Of a stretch of 43,160 bases of DNA, positions 24,450 through 32,976 are shown in pieces (position 1 is the first letter of the stretch; each line of letters opens with the position of its first letter). Under the pieces are notes generated by a model. The model ran no database searches. It saw only the letters and a program-made list of their open reading frames with translations, and had not been told where the DNA came from. The stretch is from a bacterium (GTDB lineage: Bacteria; Patescibacteriota; Minisyncoccia; Minisyncoccales; CG1-02-41-26). The stretch covers positions 1-43,160 of the forward strand of contig JAZDKU010000041.1 of NCBI GenBank assembly GCA_043802745.1. The letters run 5' to 3'. Made by a program: the position numbers and the translations under genes.

Positions 24450-25172
24450 ATGTCAACAATAATAAGACAATTTACTAATGGCGAAGTTTATCATTTAATC
24501 CTTAGAGGAGTTGATGACCGTAAGATTTTTGAGGATGAAAACGATTACTATAGGGGGATATTTTCCCTTTATGAATTTAATAACTCTGACCCAGTGAATA
24601 TAAGAAATAGACGACGAGAACGCTCACAAATAAAAAGCGGTAAAGCCCAGCCCTTTACCACTTTACAAGAAATTGAAAGGATTGAGGCGCAAAGAAGGGA
24701 TTTGTTTGTTGAGGTTCTATCTTTTTGCCTTATGCCAAACCATATTCATTTATTAGTCCGTCAGTTAAAAGATGATGGTATTTCTAAATTTATGAATAAA
24801 TTTGGCGGTTATGCTTATTATTTTAATCAGAAATATCAACGTAGGGGCCATCTTTTTCAAGATCGTTTTAGGTCGGTGCATATAAAAGATGACGAGCAAC
24901 TAAAAACCGCTTTTGTTTATGTGCATACTAACCCTGTTTCATTGGTTGAGCCCGGGTGGAAAGAAGGGGGCATTAAAGATTTAGAGAAAACCAAGCAATT
25001 TATTGAGAATTATAAATGGTCAAGTTATGCTGACTATATTGGCGGAAAGAATTTTCCGTCTTTAACCAGCAGAGATTTGCTATTAGAAGTTATGGAGGGT
25101 ATTGAAGGTTGTAAAAAATTTGTTAATGGTTGGTTAGAATATAAAAAATCAGGGGCGGGCGCTATTCGGTAA
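24450..25172 (+). CDS. REP-associated tyrosine transposase (RAYT, Y1 HUH family)
   Basis: YHLILRG, FCLMPNHIHLL (HUH), GHLFQDRF, YVHTNPV (catalytic Tyr), YKWSSY. Confidence 0.92.
   Translation: MSTIIRQFTNGEVYHLILRGVDDRKIFEDENDYYRGIFSLYEFNNSDPVNIRNRRRERSQIKSGKAQPFTTLQEIERIEAQRRDLFVEVLSFCLMPNHIHLLVRQLKDDGISKFMNKFGGYAYYFNQKYQRRGHLFQDRFRSVHIKDDEQLKTAFVYVHTNPVSLVEPGWKEGGIKDLEKTKQFIENYKWSSYADYIGGKNFPSLTSRDLLLEVMEGIEGCKKFVNGWLEYKKSGAGAIR
24638..24664. repeat. Family-B REP copy inside the RAYT CDS
   Basis: CGGTAAAGCCCAGCCCTTTACCACTTT is identical to 25167-25193 and encodes GKAQPFTT. Confidence 0.9.
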
Positions 25173-25194
25173 AGCCCAGCCCTTTACCACTTTT

Positions 25195-26235
25195 ATGTTG
25201 CAAATAGCAAAAATTATTCTAAAAAATAACTCTTGTTATAAGGGTTATTTTTTTAGCAAACAAAAATCTGTTTCTGGGGAAATGGTTTTTAATACCAGTA
25301 TGGTTGGTTACCCCCAGGCCATAACCGACCCTTCGTATAGGGGGCAGATTTTGGTTTTAACCTATCCGTTGATTGGAAATTATGGTGTTTCAAATCAAGA
25401 ATTTGAGTCAGAAAAGATTCAAGTTGCTGGCTTAGTGATTAGCGATTATTCTTTTAATTATAGCCATTTTTCAGCGGTAAAATCATTGGCTGATTGGCTT
25501 AATGAACAAAATATTCCCGGAGTTTTTGGTATTGATACAAGGGCTTTAACTAAAGAGTTAAGAACAGAAGGAACAATGCCAGCTAAAATTATAAGTAAAA
25601 AAGATAATTTGGATTTTATTGATTCAAATAAACTTGATTTGGTTGGCTGTGTTTCTATTAAAGAAACAATAGTTTATCCCAAAGGGAAAAAGGCAGTTCT
25701 TTTGCTTGATTGCGGGGTTAAATTGAGTATTATTAGAAATTTATTGAAAAGAAATATTACTGTTATTAGGGTTCCGTATAATTGCGATGTTTCCAAAATT
25801 AAAGAAAAATTCAGCGGAGTTGTAATTTCTAACGGCCCGGGAGATCCCAAAATGTGCCAGGCAACAATAAAGACAATTCAGCAGTGTTTTAAAAAAAAGA
25901 TTCCAACTTTGGGAATATGTTTGGGCAATCAGCTAATGGCTTTGGCTTGTGGGGGAGAGACCTATAAATTAAAGTTTGGCCACAGGGGACAAAATCAGCC
26001 ATGTTATGACGTTCAAACAAAAAAGTGTTTTATTACTAGTCAAAACCATAGCTTTGCCGTTGAGCCAGATTTGCCAAAAAATTGGCAGGCTTGGTTTTTA
26101 AATCTTAATGATCAAACCATTGAAGGTATAAAGCATAAAGCATTACCGTTTTTTTCTGTTCAGTTTCACCCCGAAGCAAATCCAGGGCCAAATGACACCG
26201 AATGGATTTTCGATGATTTCATTAAACTTCTTTAA
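25195..26235 (+). CDS. carA: Carbamoyl-phosphate synthase small (glutaminase) subunit
   Basis: GEMVFNTSMVGY..AITDPSYRGQILVLTYPLIGNYG, SNGPGDP, GICLGNQ, SQNHSFAV, SVQFHPEA. Confidence 0.97.
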   Translation: MLQIAKIILKNNSCYKGYFFSKQKSVSGEMVFNTSMVGYPQAITDPSYRGQILVLTYPLIGNYGVSNQEFESEKIQVAGLVISDYSFNYSHFSAVKSLADWLNEQNIPGVFGIDTRALTKELRTEGTMPAKIISKKDNLDFIDSNKLDLVGCVSIKETIVYPKGKKAVLLLDCGVKLSIIRNLLKRNITVIRVPYNCDVSKIKEKFSGVVISNGPGDPKMCQATIKTIQQCFKKKIPTLGICLGNQLMALACGGETYKLKFGHRGQNQPCYDVQTKKCFITSQNHSFAVEPDLPKNWQAWFLNLNDQTIEGIKHKALPFFSVQFHPEANPGPNDTEWIFDDFIKLL

Positions 26236-26240
26236 TAATA

Positions 26241-29200
26241 ATGGATAAAAACATTAAAAAAATTCTTATACTGGGTTCTGGAGCTTTAAAAATCGGGGAA
26301 GCAGGCGAGTTTGATTATTCTGGCTCTCAAGCAATTAAGGCCTTAAAAGAGGAAGGTATTGAAGTTATTTTAATTAACCCCAATATTGCCACTATTCAAA
26401 CATCAGAACACTTAGCTAATAGGGTTTATTTTTTGCCAGTTAACAGTTACTTTACGCAAAAAGTTATTGAAAAAGAAAAGCCACAGGGAATTTTGCTTGG
26501 TTTTGGCGGACAAACTGCTTTAAATTGCGGTTTAGAGCTTTTTTTAAAAGGGGTTTTGGCCAAAAATAATGTGCAGGTTTTGGGTACTTCAATAAAGGCC
26601 ATTGAAACAACTGAAGACAGGTGGCTTTTCGTTAAACACTTAGAAAAAATTGGCTGTTTATATCCAAAAAGCCAAGCAATTAGCTCAATTCAAGAGGCGA
26701 AAATAGCGGCTGAAAAAATTGGCTTTCCTATAATGTTAAGAGTAGCTTTTGCTTTGGGGGGAAAGGGTTCGGGCGTGGCTCATAATTTAAAAGACTTAAA
26801 TGAGCTGGTAAGGAAAGGCCTGGCTCATAGCCCGCAAATTTTAGTTGAAGAATATCTGGGGGGTTGGAAAGAAATTGAATATGAGGTAGTGAGAGATAAG
26901 TTTGATAATTGCATTACAGTTTGTAATATGGAGAACTTTGACCCAATGGGTGTTCATACTGGCGAGAGCATTGTGGTGGCGCCATCGCAAACTTTAGATA
27001 ATTTTCAATACCATTTTTTAAGAGACATTGCTGTAAAAGTTGTGCGTTCTTTGGATATTGTGGGGGAGTGCAATATTCAAATAGCCCTAGACGCTGACTC
27101 CAACGATTATCGGATTATTGAAGTGAATGCTCGGCTATCAAGAAGCTCGGCTTTGGCTTCAAAAGCTACTGGCTATCCCTTGGCTTTTGTGGCCGCCAAA
27201 TTGGCTTTAGGTTTTTCTTTAGCTGATTTAAAAAATGCGGTTACTAAAACTACCTCGGCTTTTTTTGAGCCATCTTTGGACTATATTGTTGTTAAAATTC
27301 CTAGATGGGATTTACGAAAGTTCCGCAGGGCCACAGAAACTCTTGGCTCGGAAATGAAATCAGTGGGAGAAGTGATGGCTATTGGTCGGAATTTTGAAGA
27401 GACATTGCAAAAGGCCTTGCGTATGTTAAATATTGGAGTTGATGGCTTGGTGGCAAACCTTGTTAGAGGCTTTGCCTCTAACAATGCAAATAAAAATAAT
27501 GAAGAGCAAATAAAAAATCCTACGCCAGAAAGAATTTTTTGTATTGCTAATGCGTTACAAAATGGCGTTTCAGTGGAAACAATTAACAATTGGTCAAAAA
27601 TAGATAAGTGGTTTCTTTATAAAATTGCCAATATTGTTAAAACAGCAAATTTGCTTAAAAAAACAGGAGTTTTAGAAAAGCAAAAAATTTTAACAGCAAA
27701 ACAGCAGGGTTTTTCTGATAGCCAAATCAGCCGTTTAATTAACACAACTGAAGATAATGTGAGAAGCTATCGAAAAAAAAATAATATTATTCCCAAAGTA
27801 AAACAAATCGATACATTGGCTGGGGAATATCCAGCCAAGACAAATTATCTCTATCTAACATATAATGGCCAAGAAGACGACATTGTTTTCGATAAAGCTA
27901 AAAATAAAAAAGTAATTGTTTTGGGCTCGGGCGCTTATTGTATTGGTTCATCAGTGGAGTTTGATTGGTGCTGTGTGAACGCAGTCAGAACATTTAAAAA
28001 AATGGGCCAAGAAGCTATTATGATAAACTGCAACCCAGAAACAGTTTCCACTGACTATGATGAATGCGACAAACTCTATTTTGAAGAGTTAACTGCTGAG
28101 CGGGCGCTGGACATTTACGAAAAAGAAAAGCCAAATGGCCTGGTGGTTTCAATGGCTGGGCAAATTCCTAATAACTTGGCTTTAAAATTATCTAAAGAAA
28201 AAGTGAAAATATTGGGTACTAAAGCCCAAAGCATTGATCAAGCCGAAGATAGGCATAAGTTTTCCAAGCTGTTAGATGAATTAAACATCAAACAGCCCCA
28301 ATGGAAAGAGTGCTCAAATGTTGAGGCCTCGGAGGTGTTTGCTAATAAAGTTGGCTATCCTGTTTTGGTGAGGCCATCTTATGTTTTATCTGGTTCAGCT
28401 ATGAGCGTGGCTTTTAACAGCAGTGATTTAAAAGAGTATTTAAATAAAGCCGCTAATATTAACCACGAACATCCAGTGGTGGTAACTAAGTTTATTACGG
28501 GAGCCAAGGAAGTGGAGATAGATGCAGTTGCCCAAAATGGTAAATTAATTAATTGGGTCATCACTGAACATGTGGAAAACGCAGGCGTTCATTCTGGAGA
28601 CGCTACTATTTTAATGCCAGCGCAAAGAATTTATTTAGCCACTTTAAAAAGAATAAAAGACATTAGCCAGGAGATCAGCCAGCGTTTGGCAATAACTGGG
28701 CCTTTTAATATCCAGTTTTTAGCTAAAGATAACAAAGTAATGGTAATTGAATGTAATTTAAGGGCTTCAAGAACTTTGCCTTTTATTTCCAAGGTAAGCA
28801 GGATAAATTTTGCTGATTTATCAGCTAAGGTTTTGGCAGGTAAAAAGGTTACGCCTGTAAAAAATGGTTTTTCTTTAAATTATGTTGGAGTAAAAGCGCC
28901 CCAGTTTTCTTTTTCTCGTCTTTCAGGGGCTGATCCTATTTTAACTGTGGAGATGTCTTCAACAGGTGAGGTGGCTTGCTTTGGCGACACAGTGGAGGAG
29001 GCGTATCTAAAAGCTATTATTGCCACTGGCTTTAAACTGCCTAAAAAAAATATCTTAATTAGTTTGGGAGGCATTGAAAATAAGGTTGATTTTTTGCCAT
29101 CAGCGAAAAAATTAGCAGAGCTGGGTTACAAAATTTTTGCCACCAACAGTACAGCCGCTTTTTTAAAAGATAATGGCGTTAATTGTTCTGTTTTGCATAA

Positions 29201-29447
29201 AATATCGCAAAACCAACAGCCAAATATAAAACAATATATAGAAAAAGCCAAAATTGATCTAGTCATTAATATTACTGATGAGGAATTTGTCAATTATATT
29301 CATGATGATTACTTAATCAGACGCAAAGCCGTTGACTTTAATATTCCCCTACTCACTAATTTGCAAGCTACTAAGCTTTTTGTTAAATCCATTGCTACCT
29401 TGAAAGTAGGGGATTTAAAGATAAAATCATGGGACGAGTATTACTAG
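26241..29447 (+). CDS. carB: Carbamoyl-phosphate synthase large subunit
   Basis: GSGALKIGEAGEFDYSGSQA, NMENFDPMGVHTGES, EVNARLSRSSALASKATGYP, IGSSVEFDWCCV, NCNPETVSTDYD, C-terminal MGS-like domain. Confidence 0.97.
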   Translation: MDKNIKKILILGSGALKIGEAGEFDYSGSQAIKALKEEGIEVILINPNIATIQTSEHLANRVYFLPVNSYFTQKVIEKEKPQGILLGFGGQTALNCGLELFLKGVLAKNNVQVLGTSIKAIETTEDRWLFVKHLEKIGCLYPKSQAISSIQEAKIAAEKIGFPIMLRVAFALGGKGSGVAHNLKDLNELVRKGLAHSPQILVEEYLGGWKEIEYEVVRDKFDNCITVCNMENFDPMGVHTGESIVVAPSQTLDNFQYHFLRDIAVKVVRSLDIVGECNIQIALDADSNDYRIIEVNARLSRSSALASKATGYPLAFVAAKLALGFSLADLKNAVTKTTSAFFEPSLDYIVVKIPRWDLRKFRRATETLGSEMKSVGEVMAIGRNFEETLQKALRMLNIGVDGLVANLVRGFASNNANKNNEEQIKNPTPERIFCIANALQNGVSVETINNWSKIDKWFLYKIANIVKTANLLKKTGVLEKQKILTAKQQGFSDSQISRLINTTEDNVRSYRKKNNIIPKVKQIDTLAGEYPAKTNYLYLTYNGQEDDIVFDKAKNKKVIVLGSGAYCIGSSVEFDWCCVNAVRTFKKMGQEAIMINCNPETVSTDYDECDKLYFEELTAERALDIYEKEKPNGLVVSMAGQIPNNLALKLSKEKVKILGTKAQSIDQAEDRHKFSKLLDELNIKQPQWKECSNVEASEVFANKVGYPVLVRPSYVLSGSAMSVAFNSSDLKEYLNKAANINHEHPVVVTKFITGAKEVEIDAVAQNGKLINWVITEHVENAGVHSGDATILMPAQRIYLATLKRIKDISQEISQRLAITGPFNIQFLAKDNKVMVIECNLRASRTLPFISKVSRINFADLSAKVLAGKKVTPVKNGFSLNYVGVKAPQFSFSRLSGADPILTVEMSSTGEVACFGDTVEEAYLKAIIATGFKLPKKNILISLGGIENKVDFLPSAKKLAELGYKIFATNSTAAFLKDNGVNCSVLHKISQNQQPNIKQYIEKAKIDLVINITDEEFVNYIHDDYLIRRKAVDFNIPLLTNLQATKLFVKSIATLKVGDLKIKSWDEYY

Positions 29448-29501
29448 TGCCTGGGGTTGTGGCAGAGGGTTATTTTTGGTAAAATAAAAAAGTTAAAATA
29501 T

Positions 29502-30365
29502 ATGGGATATGGTGGAGCTTTAATGTGGACGGCCCTTGCGGCCAATCTTAAAAAAACTTACCCTAACAAGAAAGTGCTTTTTGTGTACAAAAGAACGAGC
29601 TCAGACTTTGTTATTTATGAGAATAATCCTGATATCGACAAGATACTATCTAAATACAAATACTTTTTTTTGAAAAACAAATTTAAACAAAAAGATTGGA
29701 TTATTGTGAAGATGGATAACCCTGAATTGCATTATTGGGAAAAAGATGAGAAGGAAAAAATAACTTATAAAAGCGGAAAACATGCAATTGAGTGGGAGTG
29801 TGAGTATTTTAAGATAAAAAATATTTTATTAAAACCGGTCTTAAGGTTAACGGATAAAGAATTAAAAAAGGTTGATGAGTTGTTAATTGTCCATAATTTA
29901 AAAAGCAAGGATTTTATTGTTATTGAGCCAAACTCAAAAACATCTTTTGCTCCAAATAACCAATGGTTTTTTGATAGATGGCAAGAGTTAGCGGATTTGT
30001 TAAAGAAAAAAGGCCAAGTTATGGTTCAGTTAGGGCCAGATGGCTCGCCGGTTTTATCTGGCGTGGTTAATCTGACTGGCAAAACTTCTTTTCGGGAGGC
30101 AGTTGGGCTGATTGGAAAGGCAAAATTATTTGTTGGATATTCTGGTGGCTTAATGCATGGGGCAAGGGCAATGGATGTTATGGCCGTAATTTTAGCGAGT
30201 GGTTTTGAGCCATTAGAGCTAGCTAATTATCCCCAAAACTTAAACATTTATAAAAAAGTGGAATGTGCTAATTGTGGCTTAAAGACCCCCTGTCCTTTTG
30301 GAAGAAAATGTATGGAGAAAATTACTGTTGAGGAGGTATATAATAGTATTCTTGATATTATTTAA
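29502..30365 (+). CDS. Glycosyltransferase family 9 (heptosyltransferase-like)
   Basis: MGYGGALMWT, YENNPDID, NLTGKTSFREAVGLI, SGGLMHGARA, C..CG...C.....CMEKITVEEV; start set to ATG 29502. Confidence 0.75.
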   Translation: MGYGGALMWTALAANLKKTYPNKKVLFVYKRTSSDFVIYENNPDIDKILSKYKYFFLKNKFKQKDWIIVKMDNPELHYWEKDEKEKITYKSGKHAIEWECEYFKIKNILLKPVLRLTDKELKKVDELLIVHNLKSKDFIVIEPNSKTSFAPNNQWFFDRWQELADLLKKKGQVMVQLGPDGSPVLSGVVNLTGKTSFREAVGLIGKAKLFVGYSGGLMHGARAMDVMAVILASGFEPLELANYPQNLNIYKKVECANCGLKTPCPFGRKCMEKITVEEVYNSILDII

Positions 30366-30376
30366 CATGTTTACTA

Positions 30377-30392
30377 TGATAAAATATCTATT
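30377..30392 (+). promoter_or_regulatory. Extended -10 promoter, probable leaderless start of gmhA
   Basis: TG-A-TAAAAT (30377-30385) lies 7 nt before ATG 30393. Confidence 0.45.
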
Positions 30393-30965
30393 ATGATAGA
30401 AAAAATTAAAAAACAATTTCAAGATAATATCGAGCTTCATCAGCAAGTTATAAGCGATATCTGCCCTAAAATCGAAGAAGTAGCAAAGATTATTATACAG
30501 GCCTATGAAAAAGGCAACAAGGTGCTTTTGTGTGGTAATGGTGGCTCGGCCGCGGACGCCCAGCATATTGCTGCTGAATTAGTGGGCAGGTTTAAAAGAG
30601 AAAGAAGGGGCTTACCAGCCATTGCTTTAACAACTGATACTTCAATAATAACGGCTATTTCTAATGATTATTGGTATGAGCTTTTGTTTTCTAGGCAAGT
30701 TGAGGCCTTGGGGGGCGAGGGGGATGTTTTGATTGGCATATCTACCTCGGGGAATTCTATTAATATTGTGCGGGCAGTGGAGAGGGCTAATTTTCAAAAA
30801 ATGACCACCATTGCTTTTTTGGGCGGAGAAGGAGGTCGTTTAAAAGATATGGCTAAGTTTCCCATAATTGTGTCAGGAAAAAGCTCAGACAGGATTCAGG
30901 AAGTTCATATTTTAATAGCCCATATCATTTGCGATTTAATAGACGAGTTTTTTAGCGCTAAATAA
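30393..30965 (+). CDS. gmhA: D-sedoheptulose-7-phosphate isomerase
   Basis: CGNGGSAADAQHIAAELVGRF, ISND, STSGNS, RIQEVHIL..HIIC. Confidence 0.96.
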   Translation: MIEKIKKQFQDNIELHQQVISDICPKIEEVAKIIIQAYEKGNKVLLCGNGGSAADAQHIAAELVGRFKRERRGLPAIALTTDTSIITAISNDYWYELLFSRQVEALGGEGDVLIGISTSGNSINIVRAVERANFQKMTTIAFLGGEGGRLKDMAKFPIIVSGKSSDRIQEVHILIAHIICDLIDEFFSAK

Positions 30966-30976
30966 AATTTAAAACT

Positions 30977-31957
30977 ATGCCACAAAATTTATTAGAAATT
31001 GTTGAAAATTTTAAAAATCAAAAAGTTTTAGTAGTTGGCGATTTAATGCTAGACGAGTATCTTTGGGGTGAAGTTAATAGAATTTCTCCAGAAGCGCCAA
31101 TTCCAATTTTAGATATTCAAAGTATTACTTATGTGCCGGGTGGAGCAGCTAATACTGCTTCCAATATAAGCGCTTTAGAGGGTAGGGTATTTTTGGTTGG
31201 GGTGATTGGGCCAGAAGATAAAGGCAAGTTGCTCAAAGAGATATTAGAGAAAAGAGGAATTCAAGCTCAAGGAATTTTTATTGATGAGAATAGGAAGACC
31301 ACTATAAAAACTCGGGCGATTGCTAAAAATCAACAAATGATTCGTCTGGACTCCGAAGATAGAAATTCTATTGAATCGGCAGAAGAACAAAAGATTCTTA
31401 ATTTTATTAGGGAAAAAATTAAAGAAGTTAATGCCGTTATAATTTCTGATTATGCTAAGGGAGTAGTCACTGAAAATTTAACTAAAAATATTATTGAAAT
31501 TACCAGAAGCAACAATGTTCTCTGTTTGGTTGATTCTAAGGCAAAGGATTATCAAAAATATAAAAATTGTAATATTATTATTCCAAATGAGAAAGAATTA
31601 TCCCAGGCTTTAGGTGTAGAAATTCGTGGCGAGGGCCAGCTTTTAGAGGCTGGGAAAATGCTTCTTTCTCATGTTCTCTGCGACAACGCTTTGGTTAAAA
31701 GAGGGGCAAATGGTATGACGCTTTTTGGGAAAGACGGAAATATTTTTTCTTTTGGGGCTATAAATAAAAATCCAGTTGATGTTTCGGGGGCTGGGGATAC
31801 AGCTATCGCCACTTTTACTTTAGCTTTAGCTGCCGGAGCTGACTTGCAGACTGCTGTAATTATCGCTAGCCATGCCTGTTCTGTTGTGGTTGGTAAAGTA
31901 GGCACAGCTGTTGCTTTACCCGAAGAGTTAGTAAAGAGCTTGAGAACTAATTTATGA
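30977..31957 (+). CDS. hldA: D-glycero-beta-D-manno-heptose-7-phosphate kinase (RfaE domain I/HldA)
   Basis: VVGDLMLDEYLWGEVNRISPEAP, GGAAN, ISDYAKG, DVSGAGDT. Confidence 0.92.
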   Translation: MPQNLLEIVENFKNQKVLVVGDLMLDEYLWGEVNRISPEAPIPILDIQSITYVPGGAANTASNISALEGRVFLVGVIGPEDKGKLLKEILEKRGIQAQGIFIDENRKTTIKTRAIAKNQQMIRLDSEDRNSIESAEEQKILNFIREKIKEVNAVIISDYAKGVVTENLTKNIIEITRSNNVLCLVDSKAKDYQKYKNCNIIIPNEKELSQALGVEIRGEGQLLEAGKMLLSHVLCDNALVKRGANGMTLFGKDGNIFSFGAINKNPVDVSGAGDTAIATFTLALAAGADLQTAVIIASHACSVVVGKVGTAVALPEELVKSLRTNL

Positions 31958-32976
31958 ACAAGGTTAAAAGCCAAGAAGAAATTATTGAAGTTGCCAAAAA
32001 GGCGAAGGCGCTTGGCAAAAAAGTTGTTGCTTTTAGCGGTTCTTTTGATTTATTGCATATTGGCCATATTAGGTCTATACAAGAAGCTAAAGCTCAAGGG
32101 GATATTTTAATCTTGCTTCTAAATAGCGATTTATCAATAAAAAGCTATAAAGGGCTAAGTCGACCAATTATTCCTCAAGACCAAAGGTCTCAAATGTTGG
32201 CTGCCTTGGAGGCAATTGATTATGTGGTGATCTTTGATGAGATAAATCCTAAGGCGCTTTTAGGAGATATAAAGCCAGATATTTATTGCAATGGCTCTGA
32301 TTGGGGAGAGAATTGTATTGAAAGAGAAGTGGTGGAAAAAAACGGGGGGAAAGTCTATGTTTTAAAATGGCAAGATGGCTTTTCTACCACAGAGCTTATA
32401 GAAAAAATTATCAAAATTAATAATACGCCAATTGTAAAAGCTGTTTTTTTAGACCGAGATGGCACCATCAATATTAATGAGCCAGAATATACCCATAAAA
32501 TTGAGGATTTTAAATTTACTGATGGCGCTATTGAGGCGTTGCAAAAACTTTCTCAAACTGATTATAAAATTTTTGTTGTTACAAATCAGTCGGGTATTGC
32601 TCGGGGGTATTACACTGAACAAGATTATGATATACTCAACAATTGGTTTTTAGATTTTTGTTTAAAAAATAATATTAGAGTTGATAGGGTTTATCATTGT
32701 TCCCATCATCCGCAATTTACCATTGACTGCGATTGCCGAAAACCAAAGCCCGGAATGCTGATTCAAGCAGCTAGAGAGCATGGAGTTAGTTTGGCAAAAA
32801 GCTGGATGGTAGGAGATAGTAAAGACGACATTATAGCTGGCAGGGAGGCAAATACTAAAACAATTAAAATCGGAGAGAAAATGCCTTCTGAATTAAAATT
32901 AGAGCCAAACTTTTATGTTAAAAATTTACTAGAAGCAGTTAAAATTATTCTTTATTCAAAGGCCTATGAAAAATAA
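31954..32976 (+). CDS. Fusion of heptose-1-phosphate adenylyltransferase (HldC/RfaE domain II) and heptose-1,7-bisphosphate phosphatase (GmhB)
   Basis: GSFDLLHIGH, LNSD.SI..YKG..RPI, FSTTELIEKI; then AVFLDRDGTIN, VTNQSGIARG, CSHHP....CDCRKPKPGM, WMVGD. Confidence 0.92.
   Translation: MNKVKSQEEIIEVAKKAKALGKKVVAFSGSFDLLHIGHIRSIQEAKAQGDILILLLNSDLSIKSYKGLSRPIIPQDQRSQMLAALEAIDYVVIFDEINPKALLGDIKPDIYCNGSDWGENCIEREVVEKNGGKVYVLKWQDGFSTTELIEKIIKINNTPIVKAVFLDRDGTININEPEYTHKIEDFKFTDGAIEALQKLSQTDYKIFVVTNQSGIARGYYTEQDYDILNNWFLDFCLKNNIRVDRVYHCSHHPQFTIDCDCRKPKPGMLIQAAREHGVSLAKSWMVGDSKDDIIAGREANTKTIKIGEKMPSELKLEPNFYVKNLLEAVKIILYSKAYEK

Larger units (their letters stand above)
24421..25193 (+). mobile_element. 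RAYT cassette bounded by inverted family-B REP-like palindromes
   Basis: Left TGGTAAAGGGCTGGGCTTTACC (24422-24443) is the reverse complement of right GGTAAAGCCCAGCCCTTTACCA (25168-25189). A third copy lies inside the gene. Confidence 0.8.

Noticed and set aside
24450-25172. IS200/IS605 element with TnpB
   Set aside because: The protein is 240 aa with the RAYT-type NP..WSSY extension and REP-like flanks; no tnpB follows.
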